From NCBI RefSeq assembly GCF_009914755.1, contig NC_060932.1: DNA of 64,000 nt, one strand, 5' to 3'. Made by a program: the position numbers and the translations under genes. Numbering within the stretch: position 1 is the stretch's first letter; every line of letters starts with the position of its first letter. The notes beneath the pieces are model-generated. The model worked only from the letters and a program-made list of their open reading frames with translations, was not told the DNA's origin and ran no database searches. The DNA comes from the human T2T-CHM13v2.0 reference genome, Homo sapiens. This document shows positions 1-14,073 of the stretch, in pieces.

Positions 1-89
1 GACAGGAGGTGGTTACTGCTCCTCAGGCAGTAATGTGAGCAATGGGGAGTGGCTGTAAATGCTGTGTGGCCTGGGGGTTGGGGACCCTT
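1..89. mobile_element. MER1 (hAT-Charlie) fragment
   Basis: ctcaggcagtaatgtgagcaatggggagtggctgtaaat and terminal gggggttggggaccc resemble the MER1 end. Confidence 0.65.
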
Positions 90-109
90 GTCTTGTCTTC
101 ACTAGGTAT

Positions 110-1420
110 AGTATTCTGGGTTTGCAGGTATTTTCTTTCAGTACATTGTATCTATCTTCCCCTTATTTCCTGGCTTTTAATGTTGCAGGTAAGAAATCAG
201 CTGTCTGTCTTTGAGGATATTCCCTCAGGCTACTTCTGTGGTTTTTTAGAAAATATATTATTTTTATTCTTTCAGACTGTCTTGGTTTTTCTCTAGTTTT
301 ACTAGGATATTTCTAGGTTCTAGGTATGGATTTCCCGTTTGGGCTTCCTTGGGCTTCTTTAATCAGTGAACTGGTTTTTAAAATCAGTTCTGTGTGATTT
401 GCAGCCTCTAACACATGCATATTGACTCTATCCCATTCTCCCTCACCTCTCTTCCTGTGACTCCAGTTAAACATATTTTAGACATATTTATTGTATCCAC
501 TGTGTCTAATACCCTCTTCCCCACCAACGTTGCTTTGTTGTCCATAATTTCTTCTGACTTAATCTTTCAGGTTACTAATTTAGCTGTGTCTGATCTGCTA
601 GACCCATCCATTGATGCATTGGTCCCACACTTTAACATTTCCTAAATTTCTGGTATCTTTTTCCATTCTGTAATGTCGTCTTTTAATGTTTCCAGTTGTT
701 TTCAGACATTGAACATAGTAAGCATACCTGTTTGCAGTCTGTGTCAAGTGATGTCACATCTGGAGTCTCTGCTGTTTCTTGTCATGTCCTGTCTTAAAGT
801 GTACCTCATCATTTTTTATCATTTGCTGAGCATTTTATATGAGAATTTGCTTTCAGGAATACTTCAAGACCTAGGTGATGCTAGCTTCCTCCAAGGAAGA
901 CCTGTTTCCTTTAGCCAGGCATCTCAGAGTCGTAGTTGTCTAGGACCAAGGCTGTGGTTTATCTAGAAGATTCCTATCCCCACCACACCAATCCCTCCTC
1001 CCAATTCAGAGCCTTTCAGAATACAATCCAGAAGAGGGGGTGCTATGCTTGGGTCCCTGTCTGTGCCAGGCTCTGAATTCAGACCCATGTTGCATCTCCT
1101 TGAGCCTCCTCAAGGTATGGAAGCAACTCTGCCTCTCAGTTGCTTCCACACCTCCTAAACAGCAGGGCACTGGGGGAGTGTTATGACTGCTTCTCTGCTT
1201 CTGGTGGCCGCAAGACACTGCCCCCACGCCCCCAGTATCTCACGTGCCCTTCCTAGATCAAACACTTCTACTCCCCTCTGGAAGCTCACATTTTCTCCTT
1301 ATTATTGGCCTGACAACTAAGAGCTCTTAACAGTCTCTGATACTTTCCTAGCAGAAACATTTTCAATTTTGTCTAATATTTTCATTGTCTTTGGCTGGAG
1401 CGTTATTCTTAATTTTGTCT
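110..1420 (-). mobile_element. Ancient L1M/L1ME fragment (5'/ORF1 region)
   Basis: T-rich antisense L1-like text such as gctgtgtctgatctgctagacccatccattga; boundaries approximate. Confidence 0.5.
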
Positions 1421-1934
1421 GCCATAATCAAGCCTGAAGTCATCTGTTCACTAAGCTTAAATACTCGCGACTCTTCTGCCCTGCCTCTAGCTTCCATCAT
1501 TGAACCTTCTTTGTTGTTTTCCTCCAAACTCTGTATTGTAGTGCTTGTCATTTTAGAAATGGTGACTGCAATTTATCAAGTTGTTACTGAAAAGTATCCC
1601 CCTTCCCATTCTCACATTTGTAAGCTGAATCTGTTTACAAAGTTTATTATTGCCTGTTATCAGACCCTTTTCTGTGATTTATTCTTCAGTTTCTTACTAA
1701 GCCATATTGTTAACAATGGAAATAGCCACCATGTTTGTTTCATCTAATGAGTTATCAAAGGACATTGAAAAACTGGACACAGATACAGGAGGTGAGGTGA
1801 TCAAGACAAATGGCAAGTTCTTTCTTTACCAGAAAAGAAGGGATGTGCTTTCCCACGAAGACTAGAGGTGCAAGACCAGAGTCAGGGGAGTTGAGTGGGC
1901 CTACCCCATCACATAGGTGCCAGGCGCATTAGAA

Positions 1935-2125
1935 ACGCTCTGGGCCATGGGGTCAGGCAGGCTGGGTCTCAGTTACTGTTCTGCTTCCCTATAGTGTGGC
2001 CTTGAGTTATGACCCATTCTGAAACTCATCTTTCTCCTAGGACAATAATTGCAATCTTGTTACATTTTAAATAAATTAGTGCATGGAGAGGCTTTAGCAA
2101 TCCAGTGCCTGGCAGGTATTTAAAT
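1935..2125 (+). mobile_element. MIR
   Basis: Decayed MIR core and tail (gtgtggccttgagt...ctttagcaatccagtgcctggca). Confidence 0.5.
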
Positions 2126-2478
2126 CTCCCTCTAACTTTATAGTCACTTAGCTATCAAGTGGTTTTCTTTGTTTTTTGTTTGTTTTGAGATGGAGTTAGA
2201 ATCACAAGCTAGGTAGCACTTAGGTTCATTTCCTGCTCTTGATTTGTGATTTATTTTCCCTTTTAGAGGAAAGGTATACTTATTTTTAGTGTCCAAAGGC
2301 TTTACTCTGGTATTGCATTTATCCCCTTAGAACAGAAGGCTGCAGTAACTTGGAGGAACAAAGAGTTGGTTTTCAGTGAACTCAGGTACCACACAGACTG
2401 GCTTACTCTATCTCCCCACTCTTTCCCCTACAATTTCTCTCTAAAATAGAATCACAGCAGAATTTAAGTAAACATCTA

Positions 2479-2869
<391 letters not shown>

Positions 2870-3582
2870 TTACTAAAGAGCATTGAGCAGCCCAGGATGA
2901 GCGTGCTCCTGCAGCCAGAGGCCCAGGCTCCGGCATATGCATTGCCTGTGATTTTCCCCCTTTCCCGAATCCTTTGAGTTAGCAGATTAAGCCACGTGGT
3001 GCGTATCTTTTGGAGAGGGACATGGAATCAAAGCAGAGGATTTCTTTCTCATCATGAGGGGCTTGAGGACATTTGGTTCAGAAAAGGATCAGAGAGATGC
3101 TGTACCCCTGGGTCTCCTCCGGGTTGGAGATTCACAGGGAGGCCAGGGGCTCTTGGCAGCCAGCCTTGGAGCAGTAGCCAGAGGTCATCCTTGGGAAGGG
3201 GGCTTTCCCACTGAGTGCTGAATAACTCTACTCCTCTCGGCCCATCCCAGAGCAAGCAGTGTCCTCTGCCTTTAATGTAACCCCTTTCCATGGGTCTATC
3301 TATAATTGATCTAAAGTGTGTGCAGTGGAAGTCATTTTAATAACTTACATATAGTAAAGCTCGTGTACAAATAAACAGGCTTGTTTTCTTCTCCCCAAAG
3401 GGGTGGATGTCCTGGGGCAGAGGCAGAGGGGAGGCCACCACAGAAGCTGTTCACTCTAGGCACTTTGCAAGGTATTCTTTTTTCACCTAACTCATCATCA
3501 TTGCTGGTTGAATGGGGAAGATAAAATATTTATCCTGCCTACAGAGTAGGGAAAAGGTCATGTAGGAAAGCTCAGGGTGTAG

Positions 3583-3899
<317 letters not shown>

Positions 3900-5100
3900 A
3901 CAAAACAAAGCCTGCGTTTGGACTCTCCCCACTCCTGCTGTTCTTAATGCTGGCTCTGTAGCAGGGCACCCTGAGGCCGCTGCATGGAGTGAGTTCCTGC
4001 ACATTCCCCATCCCAGGGATTTGGCAGAACCCCACGCAGGCCATCGGGTGGAGCACTTGGTTCCTTGTACAGCCTGTGGGCGCCTCTCCTCTGGCGGAGG
4101 CAGAGCAGTTAGGCTGAGGGCTCGGAGACGGTCCAGGCAGCCTGCATGTCAGTCCAGGAGGGTGGCTGACGTCAGCTCTGAAGGATGATTGCTTTTTCTT
4201 GGCTGGCTAACAAAAGGAAAGTTACTATGACAGAGGACTTTCTGGGAGCCCTGCTGAGCATGGAGAGGGGATCAGAGCAGAGCAAGGCCCTCACCCAGCC
4301 TTGGTGGCTAAGTGCAGGGGTAATGCCTTTCCCAACCTGTTCTGCAGGTTGTAGAAACAGGAGGAAATTTTTCTTTCAAAAAACAAGAGGCAGAAAGAAA
4401 TTTAGCTCTTTAGGTGAGCAGAGGTTAGAGTCCAGACTGACTAGAGGTGAAGTTCCCTTCCCTGGATGCCAGCACTTCTCAGAGGACCTGGAGACAGTGT
4501 TCCATCTCAGGGCTGAGCTCGCCATCTCAGGCCTGCTGCGTCTTATTGAAAATAAGGACAAGAACTTCAATATACAGCTTTCCTCCAAAAGGCCCATCGT
4601 GAGGCCTGAGTGCCCCTGCCCAAGGTGGTAATCGTTTCTAGGGCACACCCCCTGTAGAAAGGAAAAAGTAGAAGGCCCAAGGAGCCTGTAGCTCCGTGGG
4701 AATCATGATGAGAAATGCTTAGATGTACCCCAGTAAAGCAGCTCTTTTAACCAGCATGCTTAAGAAATCAGGGCACTCTTGATTGTTGAACTTTCTGGTC
4801 ATCCAAGGACTGTCCAGTCCTGTGTTAGATGTAAGGAACTCTTCTCTCTCACCTCTGCAGCCATTTATGGTAGACAGATATAGGTTGATGCATATTTTTG
4901 GAAGTAAAGCACTTTGACCAACAATTACACATCTTCCATCTTAAAATTAGGCCATCATTTTCATTTGACAGAGGACATATAAAAGAGCAAAACTAAACAT
5001 GTCTCCAGGAACTGAGCTGAGCAGAACCAAAAGGAAATGTTAGAGATGTTTTCTAAGTTCACGTGAGTAGAAAGCTCGAAACTCAGAAGTCTCCTGGGTG

Positions 5101-5190
5101 GAAGGCGGAGGTTGCAGTGAGCCAAGACCATGCCATTGCACTCCAGCCTGGGTGACAAGAGCAAAACTCCCATCTCAAAAAAAAAAAAAA
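5101..5190 (+). mobile_element. 5'-truncated Alu (3' end of right arm only)
   Basis: ggcggaggttgcagtgagcc...poly(A); TSD tctcctgggtg at 5090-5100 and 5199-5209. Confidence 0.9.
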
Positions 5191-5629
5191 GAGAGAGATC
5201 TCCTGGGTGAATTGTCCCTGCTAAAGCTGAGTGATGGGTGCAGGGAGGTTCAGTGCACTGTCTTCTGCACTTTTGTGTGTTTGACATTCTCCAAGATACA
5301 TTGTTTTAAGTCCATGGAAAACAGTATCTGTTTTGTAAAAGTAAAATAGAAACATAAAAAGCCAGAAGTATTTCTGAAAGATTTGGGGCAGTTTTTGTTA
5401 GATAGAGATAATAATATAAGTCAGGAAGCTGCCTCTTAATCTCTCAGCTAACAAGGTAGGAAATTTGTACCTAGGTTAAGAAGTCATCCTGCCCTTCAGC
5501 TCTTGTACATTGAATCATTCCATTACCCAACACCCAACATAGAGCCAATTTTTTTTTCAAATACATCCTCCAGGAACACATTTCTTTGTATATACACAAC
5601 ATAAGAATAGCTGAACAGCATATGAGAGA

Positions 5630-6120
5630 TCTGCAAACATTTATTGCATCTTGATTATATGCCAGACACTGATGATAGAAGCCATTGACTTTAAAGAGCT
5701 GACATCCTAGGGAGGGAGACAGACCTGCGCAGTGTGATTACTAAAACAGTGGAACTCTAATTAAGGCACACAGCCAGCCTGGAGAGAGAGTGCTGTGAAT
5801 TCTGGCTTCTTTGTAGATAGGGGAAGTATCTGCACAGGTCTCCTGGTGGGGGATGAGTGGGAGGGTGGCTGGGAGGGCCTTAGCAGACAGAATGGGCGGC
5901 TGCTGAGGGAAGCGCCCAGAGGCAGTGGCTGAGCCCGCGTGGTGATGCTGGGCTGGTTTGCTGATCCTGGACCTAGTCAACTGTGCCAGGAACTAAAGTT
6001 GAAGGGTCTGGGCAGGAAAGACTTTGTGGATCAGGCTAAGGAATTTGAACTTTATCTTGGGACACATCATTAGTGATTCTAAGCAGGAGAGCAGTGTGTT
6101 CAGAATTACTCCGAATTCTG
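5630..6120 (-). mobile_element. L2 fragment
   Basis: caaacatttattg...tatgccagacactg...gagctgacatcctagggagggagacagac, typical antisense L2 3' end. Confidence 0.6.
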
Positions 6121-6175
6121 ATTTTAAATAGTGGCTTGACCTCATTTGTTTTTCTCTTCCTGTCCTCAAGCTTCC

Positions 6176-6735
6176 TTGTCAGTTATGATACTTTTAGTTA
6201 ACAAGTAACAGAAAACTCAGCTCAGTGACTTATACCCAACATGGATGAACCTTGAAGACATTGTGCTAAGTGAAATAAGCCAGTTATAAAAGGACAAATA
6301 TTACATGATTCCACTTACATGTGGTATCTACAGGAGTCAAATTCATGGAGACAGAAAGTAGAATGGGGGTTGTCAGGGGCTGGGAGAGGGGGAGCAAGTA
6401 GGGTTGGTGTTTAGTGGGTACAGAGTTTCAGCTTTACAAGATAAAGAGTTCTGGAGATGGATGGTGGTGATAGTTGTACCACAGTGTGAATGTATTTAGC
6501 AACACCGAGCTGTATACTTAAAAGCAAAAATATCCTCAAAATGGCTTAAACCAAATGGAAAATATTTCATAAGAAATATATAGAGAAGCTTTGGGACTGA
6601 TTAATTCAGGGTTCGGCAATTTCAAAAAGGAGCCAGGTGGCTCTGCCTTCTCACTCTTCATCACCACTTCAGCCCCTTGGAAGACAACTGCCCCCGTCCG
6701 AAATTACCTTGCAAAGCAACATCCAAGAAAAGAGA
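6176..6735. mobile_element. Old MLT1-type MaLR LTR interrupted by an L1 fragment
   Basis: gtcagttatg...caagtaacagaaaactcagctc, resuming at ~6530 with aaatggcttaaacc. Confidence 0.45.
6236..6525 (+). mobile_element. L1MB-type 3' UTR fragment
   Basis: atggatgaaccttgaagacattgtgctaagtgaaataagccag...gttctggagatggatggtggtgat. Confidence 0.85.
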
Positions 6736-6737
6736 CC

Positions 6738-7125
6738 GTCCCTAAGTCCATTTTCGATTGCTTATAACAGGATACCTGAAAGGGAATTTATTTATTACAG
6801 TTTTGGAGGCTGAAAAGTCCAAGGTCAAAGGGCTGGATCTAGTGAGGGCCTTCTTGCAGGTGGGGACTTTCTGTGGAGTCCTGCGGTGGCACAGGATAGC
6901 ACATGGCATCACACAGTGGTAGGGCTGCATGTGCCAGCTCAGGACCCTGTTCCTCTTCTTGTAAAACCACTAGAACTCATTATCCTGTTAGTCCATGAAT
7001 AGATTAATCCTTTCATGAGGGCAGAGCCCTCACACTCTAGTCACCTCTTCATAGCCCCACCTCTCAGTAATAGGGATTAAGTTTCAACATGAGTTTCAGA
7101 GGAGACAAATACCTAACCCATAGCA
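6738..7125 (-). mobile_element. MST-family (ERVL-MaLR) solo LTR
   Basis: acagttttggaggctgaaaagtccaaggtc...gggattaagtttcaacatgagtttcagagg...atagca. Confidence 0.8.
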
Positions 7126-7169
7126 CTCCCTGTGTCTCTTTAAGAACAACAAAAGCTTCCAAAATCAGA

Positions 7170-8430
7170 GTCTTCAGCATCTTGGCATGAATGTCTAGCA
7201 GCCATTCCACATGCAGCCTGACTGGAGCCCCACTCCTGATTCCTCTTGCAAGCTCTTCCCACCATCTCCTCACTCCCAGGCAGTGGTGGCTCCTGTTTCT
7301 CCAGACTCTTCCTTTACTCAGGCTAAATACCCTGGAGTCGCCTTGGCTCCCGTCACACCCCACATCCGTTGGCAGATTCTTTTCGCTCTGCCTTCCACAT
7401 ATGCCCAGGCTCTGGGTACTTTTAACCACTGTGACTCAGCCCGAGCCACCACCATCTCCCACCTGGATTATTGTCATCGCTTCCTACCTGATCTCCCTAT
7501 TTCTGCCCTTGGTCACATATCCATTCAGTGAGCAAATATTTACCGTGTACCTCACATGTGACAGGCATCACTCTGGGTACTGGCAGCTCTACAGTGAATA
7601 AAACAAAATCCCTGCCCTCCTGGAGCCTTCATTCTGTTCTCAAAACAGCAGTCAGATCATGTCCCTCCTTTGACCAGCATCCTCTCATTCTTCCATCTCA
7701 CTCAGAATAAAAGCCAGATTCCTTAGGAGACCTGCATGATGGTGCCTCCTTGTTCCTTGAGTAAGTTGAGTGCACGCCCGTCTCAGGACTTTCACATTTG
7801 TTTTTCCTGCTCCCTAGAATCCTGTCCCCCCCATGTAGCCTCAGGCCTTTCTCTTTCATTTTATTCAAGTCTCTTGATTTGGAATTTGACAGAAAGATGG
7901 GAATGAGTTGCCCTGAACAACTGGCAGTGGAGTGGCCATTTACAGAGAGGGAGCTTCCTGCGGAGGGAGCTTGCGGGGCAGGTTACCAGGAGTTGGGTTT
8001 TTGACCTGCTACACCTTCCATGCAATTTAGACATTCAGGTGGGTCATGCAGCACCTGTGGACGAATCTGAGGCTCAAGGAGAGCTCTGAGTGACAGATTT
8101 AGGGGTTGCCAGTGTATACATAGGTTTACGCTCAGTGTCACAGGAAGCGCGTGCACAGAAGAGCTGCATATTGCAGTGATTTCAGTTAGGGATACGAGGA
8201 GGAAGCAGCAAAGGAGACTAAGGAAGGGCAGCCAGCGAGCTAGAGGAGAATCAGGAGATGCACTTCTCCAAAGCCCAGTGCAGGGACGTGCAGAGAGGGA
8301 GGGAAGGACGGAGGGAGTGCCTGTGGCAGGTGCTGCTGATCGCTCTCCCCGCCCAGCCTCAGCTGTCTCACTCCCAGGCACAGACAGCCGGGCTGTTTGA
8401 GGAATGCGTCCAATATGCAGGGGTAATGGA
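7170..8430. mobile_element. L2 fragments in both orientations
   Basis: Sense L2 motif caccatctcccacctggattattgtc; antisense pieces at ~7520-7635 and ~7890-8420. Confidence 0.55.
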
Positions 8431-8468
8431 CCTTTAGTACCAACTTCAACTAGTTCATGTTCCTTGAA

Positions 8469-9215
8469 TGTTGAGACATCATAAAAAATATAATTTGGTC
8501 TCTGTTCCTGGTTCCTGACATAGAGCTCCTAAAACCCTTGTAATTTTCTGAGCTGCAGGGGTTCAACCTGGTGACTCTTGGTGGGCTCCTGGGTGGGGAC
8601 CTGTCACCAGAAAAATGAAGCCATGAGGAGAGGGTTGAACCTTCAGCCCCACCCTCCCTCCTCCGGGGAGGGAAGGGGGCTGGAAATGGAGTTAGTAATT
8701 GATCATACCTACACAATGAAACTCCATAAAAATCCCTAAAAGATGGGGTTCAGAGAACTTTTCATTTTGGCAAACACATCCACTTGCTGGGAGCATGGTG
8801 CACCCCAACGCGGTGGGGACAAACACTTCTGTGCTCGGGACCCTCCCAGACCTCACCCAGTGTGCCTCTTCACCTGGCTGTTCACTTGTATCTTTTATCA
8901 TATCCTGTAATAAACTGGTAAACGTAAGTAAATGTTTCCCTGAGCTCTGTGAGCCATTATGACAAATTATCAAATCTGAGGAGGGGCTTGTAGGAACCCT
9001 CCATTTGTAGCCAACTTGGACAGCAGTTGTAGGCAACCTGCAGCCCCTCTGCTTGCAATTGGTGTCTGAAGTTGGGGGCAGTCTCTGGACTGAGCTCAGA
9101 ACTGGGGGGCCTTGCGCTCATCAGAGTAGGTAGGGTCCAAATTGAGTTAAATTGTAGAACACCCAGTTGGTGTCAACAGAGAACTGGACAGTTGCTTGGT
9201 ATGGAAAACCTACAC
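8469..9215 (+). mobile_element. MER21-family ERVL LTR
   Basis: tttggtctctgttcctggttcctgacatagagctcctaaaacccttg...aataaactggtaaacgtaagtaaatgtttccctgag...acacccagttggtgtc. Confidence 0.8.
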
Positions 9216-9837
9216 TTCTCTTCACAAACCACACTTCATGAGCCAGGGCCATCCCAGCAAAGCTGCTTCTTTGACACCAACTGATGAGGAAAACACTTTT
9301 TCCTGTTAAGCCTTGTATACTTCCAACACTTCTGACAGTAGCCACAAGTGTACCTTCGCTACTGGGGCTGAGTGGAGATCCCATTTTTTCCCCCACTCTT
9401 CTCTCTTTAAAACTTCTGGGAAACCGTCTATCGTTTGGCCTCATCTGGAGCATAGGCAGCTCAGACAGTAAATCCACCTCTTGTCCTTCACCTGTAGCAC
9501 CTAAGGTGGTGCCTGGTGTTGCCAGTAGGGTAGTGAATACGCAGGCTCCAACACACGGGTGCACACGTTTGCTGTTGCCTGTGAGTGTGTGTGTCACATA
9601 CCCTGAGCTTGAGTTAAAAATCAGGGAAAGAGACTTCTTCTCTCCACTTAGCAGTTTCTATATTTTAATGCAGCCTGAATTCAAAGTAATAATGTTCCAA
9701 ACTTATTAAGCTGAGATTTTATGTGGGAGAGAATTTGGTCTCTGGGTGGGAGAGAGTGTAAGGCTGAGGGAAGCACATGCCGACTTTTGAGAATTGCTAA
9801 AGTGAATGCTCCTTTTTTAACTTCGATTTTTCTGCAG

Positions 9838-9914
9838 GGGTCGGCACCAGGAATTATTATAGAAAGATCGGCTACAGATTACAAGGCCCGTACATGGTGA
9901 AGATGCTGAAATAA
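9838..9914 (+). CDS. ELP3: Terminal coding exon of Elongator acetyltransferase complex subunit 3 (partial CDS; upstream exons are outside the window)
   Basis: Acceptor cttcgatttttctgcag ends at 9837. The exon reads (G)[24 protein letters not shown] with TAA at 9912-9914, which is the recognisable ELP3 C-terminus. Confidence 0.96.
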
Positions 9915-10256
9915 TGGCCACACCAGTCCACTCTTCTGCAGTATCCTCCCTGGCAGAACACGGAGAATCAGGATTTCTTAAATACTCAACAGAGAGGCTG
10001 AGCAGAGCAAATGGGGGGCTTCACCCTCATCCCGCAGCTGCAGAGACTGGAAACTGCCTTCAAGGCCACGGCTGGTCATCTGCTGACCACACCCCAGATC
10101 CGCCCTCTCCTGCGTGCACCCCAAAAAATCACTTGCGTTTTTGAGGCTTAAATCATCTATCCAGTTTCTACATTTTGCATGAGGCCTGCAGGTGGCCTAT
10201 TTTGACTCAGACGGTGAAAAAAGCAAATTAACTCATTTGGACACCATAACTCATGC

Positions 10257-10461
10257 AATAAAACTGATTGTCATTCGAGGAGCAAACTTAAGAGTAGTTT
10301 ATTTATATACCCTGGGGACAGAAAGTCAGGTTGAAACAGGAAAACCACCAGACTCTAATCTCAGCCCTTTAACGACATACGCATTGGAGCGCAAGTTAGG
10401 AAAATGAGCTTTTGTTTTCATGGAAATCATTCTGATTACAGTGCTGATGTTTAGAAATAAA
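10257..10461 (+). terminator. Candidate proximal ELP3 poly(A) signals
   Basis: AATAAA at 10257-10262 and 10456-10461; usage cannot be shown from sequence. Confidence 0.4.
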
Positions 10462-10762
10462 TAGCAGTGTGACTGGGAAAGAGGAATTGCAGTTGTGGGG
10501 GTGTGAGCCTGGCAGCAGCCAGCCAGCAGCCTCTCCCAGGCGGGAGTCTACCATCCGAGACGGCGATGACAAAGAGCTTCATTCCACATTCTTTGTTATC
10601 TCTACTTCCCACCCTCTTGGCAACTACAGAGCAGTGTGGGCAGCCCCAAGTGTGGTCCCCAGAGAGCGTTTGGCTTTCCTGTCTGTCTATCCTGAGCGGG
10701 TGGAGTCTCAGGTTGTGTGCCCCTAAATCAAGATTTGCTTCCACAGAAGCCATTACTTGCAA

Positions 10763-11058
<296 letters not shown>

Positions 11059-11319
11059 TAAGGTGGATTTTGGTTGTTATAAATGGAGAAAGGTAAGAGT
11101 TCAAGTTCAACCCGTGTGTGAAAGCAAAACAATGGAAAACAGGATTGGCTTCTTCAAAGGCTCCTCTTGTAGAACTGCCTCTTTGAAATTTCGAGGTAAT
11201 CTACTTTGGAGACTCTGCCTGGAGAGGGTCAGTTCCTAAGTTAAAAGCATCGCTTAACCTTGGCTCCTGTGGCATTTTACAAAGGTTTAAAGGAATTGAT
11301 TCCTCTGAAAGGGCCTGAA

Positions 11320-11370
11320 AATAAAAAGTCTTTAACATACCAAGAAGAGTCATGTGGTTTTCTTTCTCTC
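11320..11370 (+). terminator. Distal ELP3 polyadenylation signal with downstream GU/U-rich element
   Basis: AATAAA 11320-11325 followed ~30 nt later by atgtggttttctttctctc. Confidence 0.6.
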
Positions 11371-12649
11371 CCTGTAAATGCAGTGACATTTGCCACAAAT
11401 GTGCAGGTTTCAGTTTCCAACCTATGGCACTGTTCATTTCCTCCCGGGTGCTGTTTGCCATTTCATTAAACTGCTATGAGGCAAATGGCAGTGGCTTTGT
11501 TATGGGCTGGCTGTGGAACCACCACAGCTTTCCATGAGTGTCGTTTAGGGACTTAGCTACTTCTCAATTATGCTTTTTTACCCTATAAAAATAAAACAAT
11601 AAAGCCTACTCCCGCTGGTTGTCAGAGCTGTGTTGCTGGAGACAGAACCAGCTGCGCAGCCCTGGAGCACAAAGTCTCTGGGCCTCGACCTTCTCATCTG
11701 TCCTAGGTGCCCAAATGGATCCACACACATAAAAGGGCTTTTGTGAAATGGTAAAAAGGCCTGCATGTGGAAAGTTCACTTCAAAAGATGACAATTTAGG
11801 GAATTTGAAACAAAATGACAGGAACTTGCACCTTTCTGATGGCTGTCAGCTATTATTGAATCCTGGTTTTATCTCAGGATTCACGAGAATCCCTCTTTCT
11901 AGCTCATCCCTGGCCTTCCTTGCCGTATCTTGTGGCCTGTGCAAAACGGCAGCAGTTGGGGAGCTTCCCCCGGGTGTCAGAGCTCCCGCCTCCCTCTGCC
12001 ACCAGAAGCTTCCGCTTCTCTTGTGACTGCCAGGGCTCGTTCCGGCACGGATGGTGCTTGGCACCTCCACTGTCCGGCTGGTCTGTCTGCTCCGAGGCCT
12101 GTGGGGCCACCTCATAAGAAAGCTCAGTTGGGCACAATTCTGCTGGCCTCAGTGTGAAACCATCACAGCTGCAGGCTGATCCCATCTGAATGGAAGGACT
12201 CCTTAGCAACCACCTCCAATCTAGAAAGCTCTGCTTTTAGCTCAACTTCTGGCTACATCACCTGAAGTTTTTTTTTTTTTTTTTTTTTTTAATTCAAGTC
12301 ATATCAAAAACAGACTGAAATAAATTTGAAGAGAAAATGAGATTTTTAAAATACATTATCACCGAATGAAAGGGCCTGGTAAAACTCATTGTTCCTCCCA
12401 TTTGGGAACAAGCAAACCGCTTTTCCATTTTCCATCTCTGCAGGCCCTAAAGTACTGCAAAGACAACTCAAAAACCAACGCCTGTTCCCCTAAAACGTCT
12501 TTCAGATTGCAAATTTTCATTGCCAATGGGGTTTTGGCTTTTTTGTTTTCAAGATTATCACATTGAAAACAGAAAATCCTGCTCCTAAAGAACTCACAGA
12601 CCCCTGAGTTTACCAAAAAAAAAAAAGCACAAGATCTGGAATCTGAAAA

Positions 12650-12910
12650 CCTGGTTTCCTCATTAACCATGAAGCTTTGAGCAAGGCCCCTCCCCGTTTT
12701 GAGCTACCATTTCCCTATTTGTAAACACGTGTCTCTCGGGGCAAGCATAGGAATCAGATGTGGCATTTGAGAGACATTGCATAAACCAGGACATATACCA
12801 ATAGTTGTTGCTGCCCCCACTGAAGTGGCTTCACTGCTGATGTGTGACCTTGGGCAAGTCAACCCTGCAAAGTTTCTTCATCTGTAAGATGGGAGTGAGG
12901 ACTACAGAAG
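12650..12910 (+). mobile_element. Two MIR fragments
   Basis: tgtgtgaccttgggcaagtc...tttcttcatctgtaagatggg core. Confidence 0.6.
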
Positions 12911-13768
12911 CCCATGTATGCAGGGTTCTTAGAACAGGAAGCATATTATAGACGCACTAGCTTTGATTACTAATATCTAGCAAGTGCAATCGTCAGCCCA
13001 TTTTTTTTTTTCAATGAGGGAGCTTCTCTGCTGACAATAGAATTTCTGATTCTTTGCTACAATCTTAAGTTTTTCTAGAAGCCCATGTCAGAAGAATAGT
13101 ATCTCTGATGCTCCAAGACCCTATTCTCCTCCTCCTCTGGTCTATTTTATTCCACAAGTCTAGGGTTGCACATTGTCAAATCCATTCCTTGAGGGCCAAG
13201 ATCCTAGCTGAGACTGCAACAGCAAAAAGCATTTTGAAATACCGCTGTCACTGGAGTGGCTTCCTGGAAAGTTGTCCAGCAGCAGCACGCATTGCCGATC
13301 CCAGTGTGAGCTGGTGGCTGTGTCCGCCTAGGGAGTCTGGCAGCCATTTGTGGCAGGGGTTGGCATGGGGAGGGGACACCTTTCTATATGTTGGAGTTGT
13401 GTACACCAGTAATACACTTGTGTTTCATTCTGTGAAGGCATTTCCAAAAATGATGTTTCAAGAAACTGATTTTAATGTAGACAAATCCATGCCTGTGAAA
13501 AAGTTGCCACTAGGCTGCTTTTCTCTATCCTGCCTTCACTACCGTCACCCAGATGTGCAGCTTTATCTCCTTTGTCTCTACACACCTAATTCCCCTCTTG
13601 TCCACCTGGAAAATGTCTCATCATTCAGGGGAACAAACGACTATTTGTTGAGCCTCCACCAGGCCCTGGACTCTGCCTCAGGTCCTTCACCTTCCTCATC
13701 TTGGGATATCCCCGCAGCCCCCGCCGTCCTCAAGGTCAATAAGGTAAGGTGAATAGTCTCCACTACTC

Positions 13769-14073
13769 TTTTTTTTTTTTTTTGAAACAGGATCTCACTC
13801 TGTTGTCCAGGCTGGAGTGCAGTGGCGCAGTCATGGCCCACTGTAGCCGTGCAAACTCCCAGGCTCAAGCACTCCTCCCACCTCAGTCTCCCGAGTAGCT
13901 GGGACTACAGGCATGCACCGCTACACTCAGCTAATTTTTTGACTTTTTTATAGAGGCGGGAGGGGGTCTCGTTGTGTTGCCCAGGCTGGTCTTGAACTCC
14001 TGGACTCAAGCGATCCTGCCGCCTCAGCCTCCCAAAGTGCTGGGATTACAGGCGTGAGCCACCGCGTCTGACC
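13769..14073 (-). mobile_element. AluJ
   Basis: Reverse dimer with J-type features; TSD g(t/c)ctcca(c/t)tact. Confidence 0.93.

Noticed and set aside
12268-12290. Isolated T23 run
   Set aside because: No TSD or retroelement body; treated as a plain mononucleotide repeat.
13108-13752. Longest ORF in the track (214 aa)
   Set aside because: No recognisable domain or homology and composition typical of a chance ORF; no supported exon context.
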